Positions 16,612-33,103 of a stretch of 64,000 nucleotides of DNA are shown in pieces. The stretch is from the human T2T-CHM13v2.0 reference genome, Homo sapiens. The translations under genes and the position numbers were made by a program. Position 1 is the stretch's first letter; each line of letters starts with the position of its first letter. The stretch is from assembly GCF_009914755.1 (NCBI RefSeq), contig NC_060929.1. The stretch is one strand, 5' to 3'. Under the pieces are notes generated by a model. It had not been told where the DNA came from, did not search any database, and saw only the letters and a list, made by a program, of their open reading frames with translations.

Positions 16612-17590
16612 TAATACTTCTCAATTTAGAATTGTTGCTATTTTCAAATTATTTGCTTCTATCAACCATATATACATATATATGATATATATATGCACAT
16701 AAAGATATACATAGTTAATTTTATATGTGTGAATGAATGTGAATGTTTATATAAATATTTGTGCATTTGCTGTTAAGGTATATTCTTTGAGTCTTTTTAG
16801 AAGTGCTGATGGATTTTTGCTTTTTTGACATTTTTAGCATACATTTTCAAGATGTTTAAGGTATAGGAGTGCAGTCTAAGACTGAAAATAGGAAGTAGTA
16901 AAATATCTTTGTTCTAGTCAGTATGATATCAACCTAAATATTTTATTTTACAAATATTTAAACACCTAACGTGATATACACATTGTGTTCATTACTTAAG
17001 GGTATGATGATGTATAGGATAGACATTATCTCCTTTTAGTGAACATTAAACAGCTGAATACTGATGGGAAGTACTTTTTATTGGTAAATCAAATAAATGA
17101 ATGTTGATTCTGCAGTCTTGTTCTTAATGCTGTATTTATAGCCAGTGAGTACAGTAAAGGTAGAAAATATCATTTAAGACAGACTTTAGTAATGTTTTAA
17201 GAAAGGTAGTTAAGTGTTATAATCAAGATTTTTATCTGCTTTAAGATTTCAGCTTGTTTTTCTTAAAATAGGTCACAACTATGTCATATTTATCAAGCTT
17301 CCAACTTTGTTTTTACTTGTATGCCTGCTTCTGTGATTTCTTCTTCATAAAATTTAATTTCAACATGGGGATAGGGTAAGGCAGATAGAAGTTTTGACCA
17401 GTATCCTTCTGATGTTTGAAATGCTTGAATTTCCTTTACATTTTGTAGGTGAAGCAGTATCTGGGACAGGATAAAAGAGATGACCAAGAATTAGAAACTT
17501 GAATCTCATTCCTGATTAACCTATTAGAACTATCAGCAAATCTGCATGTCTAATTTTAATATGTTTCATTTTAATGTTTTCTTTCATTAG

Positions 17591-17716
<126 letters not shown>

Positions 17717-18790
17717 TAGTTATATAAATGGTGTGTTATTGTAGATTTTTGGTGCATATTAGTTCTAGACGTTGAATTATTAAATTATTAACAATGTTAT
17801 CTTGGTATACTAAGTTTCTTTGTAATCAAAGAAAGTTTATAAAGTACTGTAAGTAATAGCATGAGTACATATTTGCTGAAATTATTGCCATTACTAAGTC
17901 CTCATTAGAGCTAAAGAGAATTCCTAGGCTCTTTTTCCTAAAACAAATATGATAATGGCATAAGGGAAAGGATTCTAGTGTCCCCTGTGACATCAGTGCC
18001 TTTGATGATCTATTTTTTTGGCACTCTGCCTCTGATCATAAGTGAGCTCTGTTGGGTCTTCCACTACTAAAGATGACATTGGACTTTTTAAGGTTTAAAG
18101 AATTTTGTCTAACCCCTGAGACTAGTTGACATTAAAAGGCTGATGTACCACAAGTGTTGTGGGACTATGTGGAAACTAATTCTCATGTGATGCTGTTAGA
18201 TGTGTATTTGGTGTAGCCACTTGTGGAGAACAAGTGGGCAATATCTCGTAAACTTTTCTGTGATCAAGAGTTTTCCTTCTAGGTATGTACCCTATAGAAA
18301 CTTGTATATATACTTAAAGAGCCATATACAATAATGTTTCTAGTATTATTCATTATAGTGAAAAACGAAAGCCACCTAGATCAATAGAAGAATAATATGC
18401 AGCAGTTAAAAAAAGGAATAAACTTGGTTTTCATTTATCAATATGGATGAATTTCAAAAATAAATGTAAAAGATCAAATTTCAGAATGATACATATGGTA
18501 TGCTATTTATGTAACTTTTAAAACACCCAAAACAGTACTATTATGATGCATATAGACGATACATGTCATAAAACTATATAATATGACTGGACAGAATATA
18601 CCAAGTTTGGAGATGTGTGAGATAAAGTATAAAGGGGATTCAATGGTTTGCACAGGACTGGATTTCTGAAAAGTAAAGTATATGAGGCATATATGGCAAA
18701 CTCTAAATGTTTATGAAAGCTGGATGGTGGTTATGGGGTGTTACGTTGTTATCTAAAGATTTGAAATACTTCATAATTTTAAAAAGTTAA

Positions 18791-19039
<249 letters not shown>

Positions 19040-20040
19040 TAATGCCAAGTCTGTCTTTACAGTTAATTCAAATTAAGCTTTCAAAGATCTCTTTATCAGT
19101 AAGTTTACTGATAATATTGTTTCTTATCTTCAAAGCATTTGATAGGATTAATCTCTAATTCTGATAACACTGAAAAATTGTTACTTTTTAAAAAAACTAG
19201 TTTTTCAGTCTTTAGCTGATTTCTATTTTAGTTCTAAGAACATCATTATGATATAGTTTACCTGTAAGAAAATGGTTTTAACACGATGAGTTCTGTAAAA
19301 TTCTGAAAAGGAATTTTAAAATTTTAATTTTAAAAAAGGAACAAAAGCATTGTTCCTTTTAAAGATTTGAAAGTCTGAGAACAGGGAACATATAAAGTAT
19401 GAGAACTTTGGACACAAACATTCTAACATCAGGTTTTTACTTTAAATGTATAAATTCTATTGAAATTATTTTTTTAAAATAATTTTGGCTTTGGAACTAC
19501 CTACCAATGAAAATTGAAAAACATGGTCTTCAACATTTTTTAAAGTGGGCTTCCTTCATAAATACTTCACTAAATGGGAAGATATGTGTTTCTGTAGTCA
19601 GCTCTTAGTTTTTCTAGCAAGTTGATTATGTTTTTAATGATTTTTATGAACATTTTGTTTGAAATGTTTTATATATTCATTAGACTATGGATATGGGTCA
19701 TCCTAGAACCAGAAAATAAAGCCTAGTTACTACTAAGGATTCAATTTGAAACCTTTCTCTTTAAAACCTTCTATACTTTTTAACATTCACCTAAGGTAGG
19801 TTGATTTTTTTTTTATGAAGAGTTTATTGAATACAGAACTAGTCAAATACAGTAATGTGGAAATAGATGTTACCTTTTCATAGCCATCAAGAATTGTCAA
19901 ATTCAATTGTGATCAATAATAGTCTTTGACTTTACTATTCAATATTAGACTTATACTTAATGCTTAAAGTCCTCTCAGTGTGGCAACCATAAAGAATGTT
20001 ATTTTTTGAATACATATGTACCATTGTGTAAAGCAGATGA

Positions 20041-20238
<198 letters not shown>

Positions 20239-21542
20239 TAGCCTTTTTTGTTTATATCCCAAGCTAGAAAACATCTAGAAGCTAGAAAACATCTAGAAGT
20301 TCTTTGTTATTTTTCATTTTAAGCATCATCTTTTGTATATTTGAAAGCTACTTTGTATAAAACCTAAAATACTTTATTTCCAAACTCCTAAAGTTTTTTT
20401 TTTTTCAAATACATGTAGTTTTAATAAAACAGTTACTTTGAGATTTTTTATTCTGGTTTCCATTCTCACTCATAAATTAAATTGATCCTATTTGTAGAAA
20501 AAGAATAAATTCATGTAATTAACATTTTGCTGCACTCGGTATATTTTTAAATTATTTTTTGAAAGGATCCAGTTACAGTACTGTAGTAGCTGTATAGCCT
20601 AATAAGCTAGGCTATTTATACATATAACCTACTGTGGTCCTTGAACTGGAGTGAGTACCATGGAGTTAACAAAATACTAGAAGACATAGTATCTTTCCCA
20701 CTAGGTTACTGTGTAGCAGGGGAAATTGGACAAACTTGTTTTAACTGAGTAATGATTAATGATTTCCTAGTATGTCGTATTGATAACAGCTAAACGTATC
20801 TCCAGGTAAGATGATGATGCTGGAGTATGTTAGGATTGGTCCCGGTATTGAGCATTATAACCCGTGACACATGAAAGACCTGATGAGAAAGGCTTCATCT
20901 GGGCTCAATAGAATAGACTGGGAAGAGATTACAAGAGTAGTTTCAATATAGTAGTTTTAAACAGTAAGAACACATTTTGTAATCCAGATATGAAATAATG
21001 AGCTTTTAGATTAAAGTGGTAGCTCCAGAAATGAAATAAAACATTTTAGAATCAGTTATTTCTCTAACATACCTATCAAGTCTATAAATTAACAAATGTC
21101 TAAAATCATTTGAAGTCCAAGTTGTTTATTCAATAAGAAATAAAATTGTCCTGTTCAAATAACCCAAACAGTTAAGTACTATAAATAAGTATTTCTTAAC
21201 AATTAGAAATTTGCTCATTTCCATTTAGACCTTTGGCTATATACAAACAATAATTTTAACATATTTATTTGTGAAAGACTCTTTCAGAGTTGTATGCACA
21301 GCATGTCTGCAGCCCTGTCATCTCAATCTTTTCTAAGTAATACTTTTTCTTTAAATGAATTATAGTTCAGATTATCAGTCTTAATATCTTGCTGTATATG
21401 TGAACTATTGAAAGTACAATAGTGTATTTCAGCAATTGACTTTTTAAATGTGAAAGCATGTTTAATTCTCTATGCCTCAGATTGGCTATTGATTGGTTGT
21501 TATTACTGATGTTAATGCTGCATGAACATTATCTTCCCACAG

Positions 21543-21642
21543 ATGTGAATTGGGGATCCTCTACACAAGCCCTGACTTACCTGAATGCACTGCAGCATTC
21601 AATTCGTCTTTCTGGAGTGGAAGACCACGTGAAAAACTTTAG
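21543..21642 (+). CDS. SLC12A2: SLC12A2 exon 15 (100 nt)
   Basis: Acceptor cttcccacag|, reads (D)[32 protein letters not shown](R), donor |gtaagt. Confidence 0.97.
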
Positions 21643-22090
21643 GTAAGTGATAAAGAAGGAAACATGGAAGCATTTTCTCTTTGCTGGCCAGTCAGTTCTT
21701 ATTTTTCATTGACATTTTCATGTACATTTCACATTTTTAATCGGTCTTGGGCAGTTTAATTATTCAAGAACAAAATTGTACAAAGAAAAATTAATATCTA
21801 CCTTAAAAAATGTTATGAGGGTTTTGGAGGTTTCTCACTTGAAGACTTTTAAATGATGGGTATGATAAAGTCAAAGTTTGATTTTCTCCATGTTCATTAA
21901 AGTTACGTAACTGTGTAAGTATGAGATTCATAAAGATTTTTTGACATGCGTTATTTTGTAACATTACTGACACACTAAAATTGTTAGTTGTGTCTTAATT
22001 AGTGATTAACTGGAAGCAACTTATAGTGACAAAGAATCAGTGCTTATACTAAAGAGCATTTATTACTATTTTCCTCAATAAATGACTTTA

Positions 22091-22420
<330 letters not shown>

Positions 22421-22969
22421 CTAATAGTTTATTAACCATCGGTATAAACTTTCTTTAGTCATGAGTAATCCCTCCTTATTGGCTTCTGCATGATAAACAC
22501 AAATCTTTTCCATGTTTATTAGTAAACCAAAAGGGAAAATAATGTTTTTAAAGAAACCCTGAAACGTAGATAAATGTCAAAAGAGAATTGCTCTACCCAG
22601 TCTCTCTCTCAGTAAGAAAAGTAATTGTTTATTTTTTTGTTACTCTTTTGAATTCCCCCCTTCCTTTTTGCTAGACTAAAAAGGTCTGAGAGACCACACG
22701 CAGGTCTTCAGCTTTAGGGTAGACAGAAATGGAGAAGAAGGAATGAGAGCCCTGGGAGGAAAACTTTTCACTTCAGCATATTTTGGATAGTGATGTCAAG
22801 GATGACAGAAAATAGAAATTATTATTTTATGTAAAAAGTTGTATCCTAGAACTGAGAGTATGACCAAAAGCCTATGTTTATTTGCCGTCAATTAAAAAAA
22901 AAAACAAAAAAAAAAAACCTCTTGCTTTGGCTCATTGTAGTAAAGCCAACATTAAAAAAAATTTATTTT

Positions 22970-23265
22970 TGGGCATGTTGGTGCATGCCTGCAATCCCAT
23001 CACTTTGGGAGGCTGAGGCGGGAGGATCACTTGAGCCTAGGAGTTGGAGACCAGCAGTTTGAGACCAGGCTAGGCAACATAGTGAGATCTTGTCTTTACC
23101 AAAAATTTACAAAATAGCCAAGTATGATGGTGCATACCTGTGGTCGGGAGACTGAGGCTGGAGGACTGCTAGAGCCAAGGAGTGTCTAGGCTATAGTGAG
23201 CCATGATTGTACCACTACATGCTAGCCTGGGCAACAGCGAGACCCTGTCTCAAAAAAAAAAAAAA
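22970..23265 (+). mobile_element. Alu (AluJ-like)
   Basis: ggaggatcacttgagcctaggag, divergent, poly-A tail. Confidence 0.88.
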
Positions 23266-23450
23266 GTTATCCCAGTTTGGCTTTTTAATTTTTATTAGAA
23301 TTATACGTGAGTATTGTGTAAAGAGGAAAAGCTAGTCTGCAAGGTTTGTCATGAAAATCAATAGTTGCCTGCTCCTCATATCCCTCTTTCTCTCACAACT
23401 ACAGGTAACCATGTTATTTACTTCATAAATAGCATGCTTGTCTTGCTGCA

Positions 23451-24142
23451 GAGTAGTCCCCTGTTATCCACAGGGGTTGTGTTCCAGGACCCTCGGTGGA
23501 TAGCTGGAACTGCAGAGAGTACTGAATTTGATTGTCATGAGTCAGAACACCTTTTTGTTGTTGTTCATGTCTTCTATCCACGAAGTTAGTGCCTTTTCCA
23601 TCTTAACTAAGCCCTTATTGCACATTACGGCTGTAACTTTTACAGTTTGAAGTGCAGCAGCAAAACTAGCATGAGTTTCTTTTTCCTTCTTTACAGTTTC
23701 ACAGTTAGAAGATTCATTTTCTTACTGTAGATTTTAGTAACCTTTGCGTAAAATTTTTTTTCTTTCCTTAAGAACTTTCACCTTTTCACTTAAAGGAAGC
23801 ATTTTACAGTTTTTTTTTTTGGCATATTCAAATTGCCAGCATCACTACTCTTGTGCTTTGAGGGCATCATGAAGTAAAATAAGAGTTGCTTGAACACAGG
23901 CACTGCGATATGCAACAGTTGATCTGATAACCAGGACAGATGTTGGGCAGGCAGTGTCTGTAGCACAGAGACGCTGGATAAAGGGAGAATTTATGTCCCA
24001 GGCCAGATGAAGCCGGATGTTGAGAAATTTCACCACACTACTCAGAATGATGCATAATTTAAAACATGAATTGTGTATTTATGGAATGTTCTATATTCTG
24101 AAACAATGGAAAACAAAGCCACAGATAAGGGGGGCTAGTGTA
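23451..24142. mobile_element. Tigger-family DNA transposon fossil (MER44/Tigger7-like)
   Basis: Terminal inverted repeats gagtagtcccctgttatccac ... ccacagataaggggggctagtgta. Confidence 0.7.
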
Positions 24143-26402
24143 CTTTTTGATTTTTAATTTTGGACATTATCAACTGATGTCTTTCATCTACGTATGCCTA
24201 CCACATGCATGCATCCTTACCTTTATACCCCATCCTCCCAATACATTTTATATTATGATTTTGATTAGATCATATTTGGTATTTATATTTTTAAGACTTT
24301 TAAACATGCTGTAACAGCTGAGCCATGTAGTAAATTATTACTGTTTTTTCTTTGCTACATAGCTTTTTTGTTTTCCCTGAAACTAATAATTTTTCTTCTT
24401 CCTTAACTGTATTCATCACTGTCTTAACCTTCACCAAACTTGCCAAAAGATTTTTGTTGTCTTCACCTTGTAGTTTCTTACTGTTTACTGTTTCTTTAAT
24501 TTGGGTTTTGGGATTTAGCCTGGTCTGAAATGAAGTATCTCTAATACTTGGCCAGGGAAGTTCGGCATTGGTAAGTGGAGCTTGTCAGTTGAAGTCCTTA
24601 ATGTAGATTAATGTGGCTTTGCTGGTTCTTTGAGGAATGTGATTATCTTAAAGGCTTTCTTTTTGATCTGATTAGATTTTCCAGAAAAGATTATTTTAAT
24701 CTTCTGCTTGTAGGTAGAGAGTTCTGGGAGCCAAGTGGGGAAAGGAGCTTAAAGGTTTCAGGGTTCAGTATATACATGTTCTTTAAACTCTTCTATTAAA
24801 TGTAGCTTACTTCTGCCCCTAGCTGTTGCTGGTGACTCCCAGACCAGGGACTCTCTCCAGCAAATAAGCCCCAGCTTAGTAGGGTTGGGGAGGTTCAGGG
24901 ACAGTGGCAATGATTTAGTGATGGAAATGATTTAGATCCATCTAGTTACTTCTTGTGTAAACTTTTACTTTCTTTAACACACTGTTCCTGCCACTTCCAG
25001 AGGGACCTACTGTTCCTAACTCCTAGGCATTTTGGTGATTTTTAGATGTAAAATCAGGTAGTTTCATAGCTTCCTCATGTGCTTTCCAGATTTCATTTTT
25101 TTCTGATTTGTCAAATCCTTTACTTTTCTTCCAGTTGCTTTCTAGCTTTCAGTATTCCAGTGCTGTTGTGCTCCAGATATTTTTGTGGTTTGTGCCTTTA
25201 AAAAAAATCTCTTTATGCCGTGGAGAGTTTTGAGAAAGGAGATTACATCAAGGTAGATGTGCACTCTGCTGCTGTTACTCAAAGTCATCCCTAATAAACT
25301 TTGTACTGTACCATTTTTGGTATGATCAGACTGTACCAAATTATATCTTTGTGGTTTATTGTTTAGTAAAGATAGGGGCTACAAGTTAATTTCTCACAAT
25401 AACGGGTTCTATTAGGGTATGGGTTAAACTACTATAATAAAAAGACTGAAAAATACAGTGGCTCAAACAAGAGAGACATTGGTGTCACATGGTAGTCCAC
25501 AAGTAGACAGATGTTTCATAGCAGGTAAGCAGATTTGCTGTACTTTGGTCACTCAGAACCCACGTTCCTTATCAGTCTGCCATTCCCTAGCTGTTTTTGT
25601 TCATGTGGTCAAAGTCATCACTGCATCCACAGTCTAGCTTTCTGGAAAGGGGGAAGAATGTATGGAGGCAGCACAGCTTCCTTTTTTAAAGGACACGCCC
25701 TGGAAATAGGAACATACTTATGGGCTATAAGTTAGTCATTGGGCCACATTTAGCTCCTAGGAAGGCTAGGAAATATACTGTCTGGCTAAGGAGTTAATGT
25801 AACTTGCTAAAGCTCGAAAGTCTGGGGCATGATTTCATGTTTGATTGCCTCAAAGCAACTCTCCCAGACAGAATTGCTTTTCCAGCTCATTTGCTAAAAT
25901 TCTAAGTAAGATGGTATTTTTTGAAAAGTCGTTATTTAGGTTTTCATCCTCATTTTAAGGACTCCTGTAAACGTTAACGTTTAAGTCGGAAATTGTAGTC
26001 TGCAATTCACTTTCTGTTATAGTTCATTTTGATTATATAAATCCTTTTCTGAAGGAATTTTTGCCAGTCTGTTTGGACCTACCAAATGGAGACCTGTATA
26101 TTTTTTACATTAAATATCAGTGATTTCCATTTCCAGTCAGTGAAAATCAAGAGCTACAAATATATGAAAGGCATGCCACTGTCTCACATTTGCAAAGGCA
26201 ATTGAATTCTGTTTTGGCTTTCATCATTGATAGCTAGAATTCAGATTTCTAGTTCAAGTAGAAATCTTTTTTTCAACATAGGTGATTTTACTCATGGGAC
26301 GACAGTCATTAATGTTAAGCTAGATTAGAGAGGGCTGATATCATGAAGTGGTAATAATTATGAAGTGATCAAGCTAAGAAGGAAAGTGACCTGTTTTGTA
26401 CA

Positions 26403-26602
26403 TGAAGGCAAACCTGTGCTTGCAGGAAGTTTTGCAAACTCTATGAAAGAATTATTAATAGAATATTTATTACCTTTAGAAAATGAAAAATTGTTACATA
26501 TTTGAAGACAAAGCAGTGCTCGCAGGAAGTTATGCAAACTCTGTGAAAGAATTATTAACAGAATATTTATTACCTTCAGAAAATGAAAAATTGTTATATA
26601 TT
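26403..26602. repeat. Two-copy 100-bp tandem duplication
   Basis: gtgcttgcaggaagttttgcaaactctatgaaagaattattaatagaatatttattacc... is repeated with period 100; 6 mismatches over the 88-bp core. Confidence 0.9.
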
Positions 26603-26884
26603 TTTTTAACTAGCATGATAATTTCTTTCTGTAATACCTACCAGAATCTTGATGTATAATAGTACCTATTATTTTAGAGGGACATTTGGCATGATGTTTG
26701 TTCCAAGATTTTGTTTCTGCATTTCTCATGTACCAAGAAGTCCTGGTTAAAAATAGTCTTTTTGAGAATCCTGTGGCCTGTGTCTTAAGGACAGTTGTAT
26801 ACAGAAAGCTTCTTAGGGAAACAACTTAAAATCTTGTTGCCAGAAACACAAATTTATCTAATTTTGTTTGTCTTTTCATCTTAA

Positions 26885-27750
<866 letters not shown>

Positions 27751-28054
27751 AAATAATTTTTTTATACTAAAACTTTTATGCTGTATATAATTTGTAATTT
27801 ATAGGGCTTTCTAGATTGGAAATAATTTGACAAGCCAACTTTTTTTTTTTCAGGTAGTTGTTTTTTTCAAAATATTTTTGCCCCTAAATGGTCTTGAAGT
27901 AGCATTTTTAAACAGTTACTGAATTTTGAGCTCTCATTGTTTTTCTTATTCATTATGAGTAGATTTTAACAAACTGTATTGTCCTTGTAGAGTGGTTTGG
28001 CTTTTTGATACCTATGGAGTAGAAATTCACTGTTATTTTTCTCACTAATATGTC

Positions 28055-29220
28055 TGAAACTGGGCCCCTTCTTTACACCTTATACAAAAATTAAGATGGA
28101 TTAAAGACTTAAACTTAAGACCTAAAACATAAAAACCCTGTAAGAAAACATAGGCAGTACCATTCAGGACAAAGGCATGGGCACAGACTTCATGACTAAA
28201 ACACCAAAAGCAATGGCAGCAAAAGCCAAAATTGATAAATGGGATCTAACTAAACTAAAGAACTTCTGCACAGCAAGAGAAACTATCATCAGAGTGAACA
28301 GGCAACCTACAGAATGGGAGAAAAGTTTTGCAATGTATCCATCTGACAAAGGGCAAATATCCAGAATCTACAAGGAACTTAAACAAATTTACAAGAAAAA
28401 AACCACCCTGTCAAAAAGTGGGCAAAGGATATGAACAGACACTTTTCTTATGTGGTCAACAAACATATGAAAAAAAGCTCATCGTCACTGGTCATTAGAG
28501 AAATGCAAATCAAAACGACAATGAGATGCCATCTCACACCAGTTAGAAGGGCAATCATTAAAAAGTCAGGAACAACAGATGCTGGCAAGGATGTGGAGAA
28601 ATAGGATCACTTTTACACTGTTGGTGGGAGTTTAAACTAGTTCAACCATTGTGGAAGACAGCGTGGCGATTCCTCAAGGATCTAGAACTAGAAATACCAT
28701 TTGAGCCAGCAATCCCATTACTGGGTATATACCCAAAGGATTGTAAATCATTCTACTATAAAGACACATACACACGTATGTTTATTGTGGCACTGTTGAC
28801 AATAGCAAAGACTTGGAACCAACCCAAATGCCCATCAATGATAGACTGGATAAGGAAAATGTGGTGCATATACACAATGGAATACTATGCAGCCATAAAA
28901 AAGAATGAGTTCATGTCCTTTGCAGGGACATGGATGAAGCTAGAAACCATCATTCTCAGCAAACTAACACAAGAACAGAAAACCAAATACTGTATGTTCT
29001 CACTCATAAGTGGGAGTTGAACAATGAGAACACACGGACACAGGGAGGGGAACATCACAAAGCAGGGCCTGTTGGGAGGTGGGGGGGCTCGGGGAGGGAT
29101 AGCATTAGGTGAAATACCTAATGTAGGTGACAGGTTGATGGGTGCAGCAAACCACCATGGCACCTATATACCTATGTAACAAACCTGCATATTCTGCACA
29201 TGTATCTCAGAACTTAAAGT
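28055..29220 (+). mobile_element. L1PA 3' fragment (ORF2 C-terminus plus 3'UTR), 5'-truncated
   Basis: [33 protein letters not shown] and AIPLLGIYPKD...MFSLISGS, G-rich 3'UTR, ends gaacttaaagt. Confidence 0.95.
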
Positions 29221-29671
29221 TTTATATATATATGTTTTATAAAGTCCCAAGAACACTTGGGAACATTTACTTACCAGAAAAAAATGGGGGTTGGAAGAAA
29301 TAGGCAAATTGTGATAAATATCTCCGGGGGAAGTAATATCTCTGGTATGTAAGAAGAACAAAGTGAATGCTGAATTTCTAAGTTCAAACACTTAGTTGCC
29401 AATTCTTTTTTGTTTTAGCCAGAAGAAAACTATTAAAAATAATGAACCTTTTTTAATCCGAAAGTAGTTTTTAGTTTTTTGGCATTGTGTTTATTAAGAA
29501 CAGACTGGATGATGGCTTACCTGTGCTGCATAAGAAATAGGGGTATTTGTTGGATCAGCTTCTCTCTCAATTTCTGTTCTTCATCTTGTCTTGATTCTAG
29601 AAGTGTATATTGTATACCTCATGTCTCATCCCCAGCTAATTGTTCTGCTTATACAGTGGCAAAGTCAAGGG

Positions 29672-29673
29672 GT

Positions 29674-29704
<31 letters not shown>
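29672..29704. repeat. (TG)n microsatellite
   Basis: Interrupted TG dinucleotide run. Confidence 0.85.
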
Positions 29705-30481
29705 AGAGTGCGTGTATGTAGGGTGGTAGAAGGATACTTGGAGACACTGACCCCACTTGGGACTTGTGGAGTTTTCTAGTTTGTCTCTGAGCTGATCAGC
29801 TAAATCAAGCCTTGAGCATAAGACATTTACAAATGAGACAATTTCCCCACTACAAAAGGTAAATTATATTTTTACTTATTTACATTTAGGGTGTGTACTC
29901 TTAAGCTTATTTTTAGATTTTTGTTTTATATATTTGTGTATAACACATTTTGTGTATTGCTTGCAAGGATCAAAATAAGAGTTATGAGTTAACAAAGTTC
30001 ATTTAGTTTCTCCTGTTATTTCATCCTTTAACAGAATTTTAAAGAAAAATGCATTAATATTTTATAGCTCACTTTGATTTTCAGTGATATTCTCAAGTTA
30101 GAATTAATAACACAGACATTTGGGAGTAACAAAAACAAAACTAGGGAAACTTTCTGTAGAAAAATAGAAGGTGGTTATTTTACTCTGTATAATCTCTTCA
30201 TTTTTGATAGCTTCTAACCTCTTTACTTAGAATGGAAACTTTTAATTTATTTGTAAGTCTGTGTTTCTTCTCTTATTCTTTCTACTGGCATCCCTGTGCC
30301 TTAGCTATTCCATCACCTCTACCTTTTTGTAATCTTATGTATTAAAAAGACTACATGGAAATAAAATGCTATTATTATACTTCTGACCCTACATTTAGTC
30401 ACCTGTTTCAAGCCAGTATAACAGGATGAATCATTTGTATAAATGTGAAGTTGCTTACCTTTTAATTAAATATATTATTAA

Positions 30482-30682
<201 letters not shown>

Positions 30683-31679
30683 TAAGCTTTTTAAAACTTT
30701 TTAATTCTAGATTTCATTCTTCATACTAATAAAAATGGCAAATCTTTTTTTATGTCTTTATTAAAGTAAACTACTTTGGCTCACCTGGCTAGTTCAGTCA
30801 GTAAAGCATGAGACACTGAAAGTAAACTACTTGGATTTGTATAATTCAGAATTAAAGGGACAGTAGAAATGTTGTGTTGTTCTGTGTTAATTGTGTAATT
30901 GTGGAGCTACTTTGTTAAAGTAGAGGTGGGAGGCTCAGAGTATTGTCTTCTGATCCGTTTCTGTTGTGTGTTTCTTAGAACTTGATAAGCACAGGGTTAA
31001 GAATAGCCAAGGCAATCTAGGAAGAAGGGACAAGGTAGGCTTGCTTTATAGGAAAGAAAGCCCTGTCAAAAAACTGTAGTAATTAAGACATTGTGGTGTT
31101 GAATATAGCGATAGACAGTTAGACGAATGGCACAAAACAGAGGAAATAGAGCTACCCGTATCAGAAACTTAACATATATGACAAAGGTGCTATTGAAAGC
31201 ATGGGCCAGAATAAATCATTATTAACATGAAAAAAAATACTAGATCCTTATAAAAACCACACAAAACACATCTCCAGATGGATTAAATACCTAAATTTAA
31301 AAGGCAAATTTGTTTTGTTTTTAGAAAAAATTCTAAAACAATTTTATGACCTTTAGCTAGGGAAGAATGAGGCACCAAAAGTTGAGTTCAGTAGTTTTGT
31401 AGTTTAAAATTTTGAGATTCTAAAGAAAACATGAAAATAAATAAAGGAAGCATAGACCAAGGGAAGATGGTGATCCTAACATGTAATCAACAAAAGATAT
31501 GGTCCAGAGTACAGACAGAAATACCATGTCAGTAACAGAAAAAAAGCGAAAGATATGAACAGAGAGGAAAACTAAATGACAGAAATAAAAATTAAAAGCA
31601 CAATATACTCTTATTCCATATCCATTAGACTGACCCAAAATTAAGTCTGCCAATACAGAGTGTTAGAAATGGCATAGAG

Positions 31680-31895
31680 CAAGCTGGTCCAACCCGTGGA
31701 CTACATATGGCCCAGGATGGCTTTGAATGCGGCCTAACACAAATTCGTAAATTTTCTTAAAACATTATGAGCTATTTTTGTGAGTTTTTTTTTTAAGCTG
31801 ATCAGCTATCATTAGTGTTAGTGTATTCTGTGTGTGGCTCAAGACAATTCTTCTTCCAGTGTGGCCCAGAGAAGCCAAAAGATTGGACACCCCTG
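31680..31895 (-). mobile_element. MER30 (hAT-Charlie)
   Basis: Ends caagctggtccaacc ... gattggacacccctg; 8-bp TSD gcatagag/acatagag. Confidence 0.8.
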
Positions 31896-32083
31896 ACATA
31901 GAGCAATTGGAAATCTTTGAACTGCTGTGGTAATGTAGATTGGACAACAACGCTGTCCAAAATAGGAAAGCAACCTGGCAAAATGTCCTGCAAATTTGGT
32001 TTGAATATTCTAGGACACTCTCTTCTTAGGTGTGCATCTCACAGGAACTTTTGCACGTGTGAAGAAGGCTATATGAAACTTCA

Positions 32084-32382
<299 letters not shown>

Positions 32383-32920
32383 TCATGGCAACGTCATTTG
32401 TAATAGTGAAAAAGAATCGGAAGTAACAACCATCAATCACAGAAATGAAAATGTAGTACAAATGTATGGTAGAATTCTATACAGTGGTGAAGAGGAGCTA
32501 TATATATCAACATGGATACACCTCAGAAACAGTGCTTAGGAAAAATAGCAAGTTTTAAAAAGTATATGAACAATATGAAGATTTAAATATTTTAAAAATG
32601 TAGTAAATTTTATATGTATGCATTTCTAAGTAATAGAATACATAGTAAAAATGCAAAGAGAACATGAAGATACAGTGGAGGCTTTACTGTGTTTCTCATG
32701 TTTCTTAACGGCGCGGTAGATACATGAATGTTTATTATTTATACTTTATTTTTGTATGTGAAATATTGAAATATTTTAGGTAGAATGCTACACTGGGTCA
32801 TATGGTTATTTCTAGTAGGTAAATCTTGCTTCCTTTATATAATTTATAGGAACATTCTGATAGCCAATTTATACAAACAATAAATTTTAGGAAGGAAATG
32901 AATGAAAAATTTTCCTTAGA

Positions 32921-33103
32921 GCAGTGGTCATTAAACTTCAGCATGCGTCAGAATCATCTAGTAGACTTGTTAAAACACAGATTGTTAGGCCCCACCCCAG
33001 AATGAATCAGATCTGGGGTGAGGGCCCAGCGTTTGCACTTCCAACAGAGTTTGAGGTGATGCTGCTGATTCAGTTCAGGGACTATACTTTAAGAATCACT
33101 GCT
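32921..33103. mobile_element. MER5A (hAT-Charlie)
   Basis: cagtggtcattaaacttcagcatgcgtcagaatca...ggccccaccccag...tttaagaatcactg. Confidence 0.75.

Noticed and set aside
28177-29020. ORFs with clear protein-like sequence (85 and 123 aa)
   Set aside because: They are frameshifted fragments of L1 ORF2p in a 5'-truncated element with no promoter, ORF1 or RT core, so not a gene.
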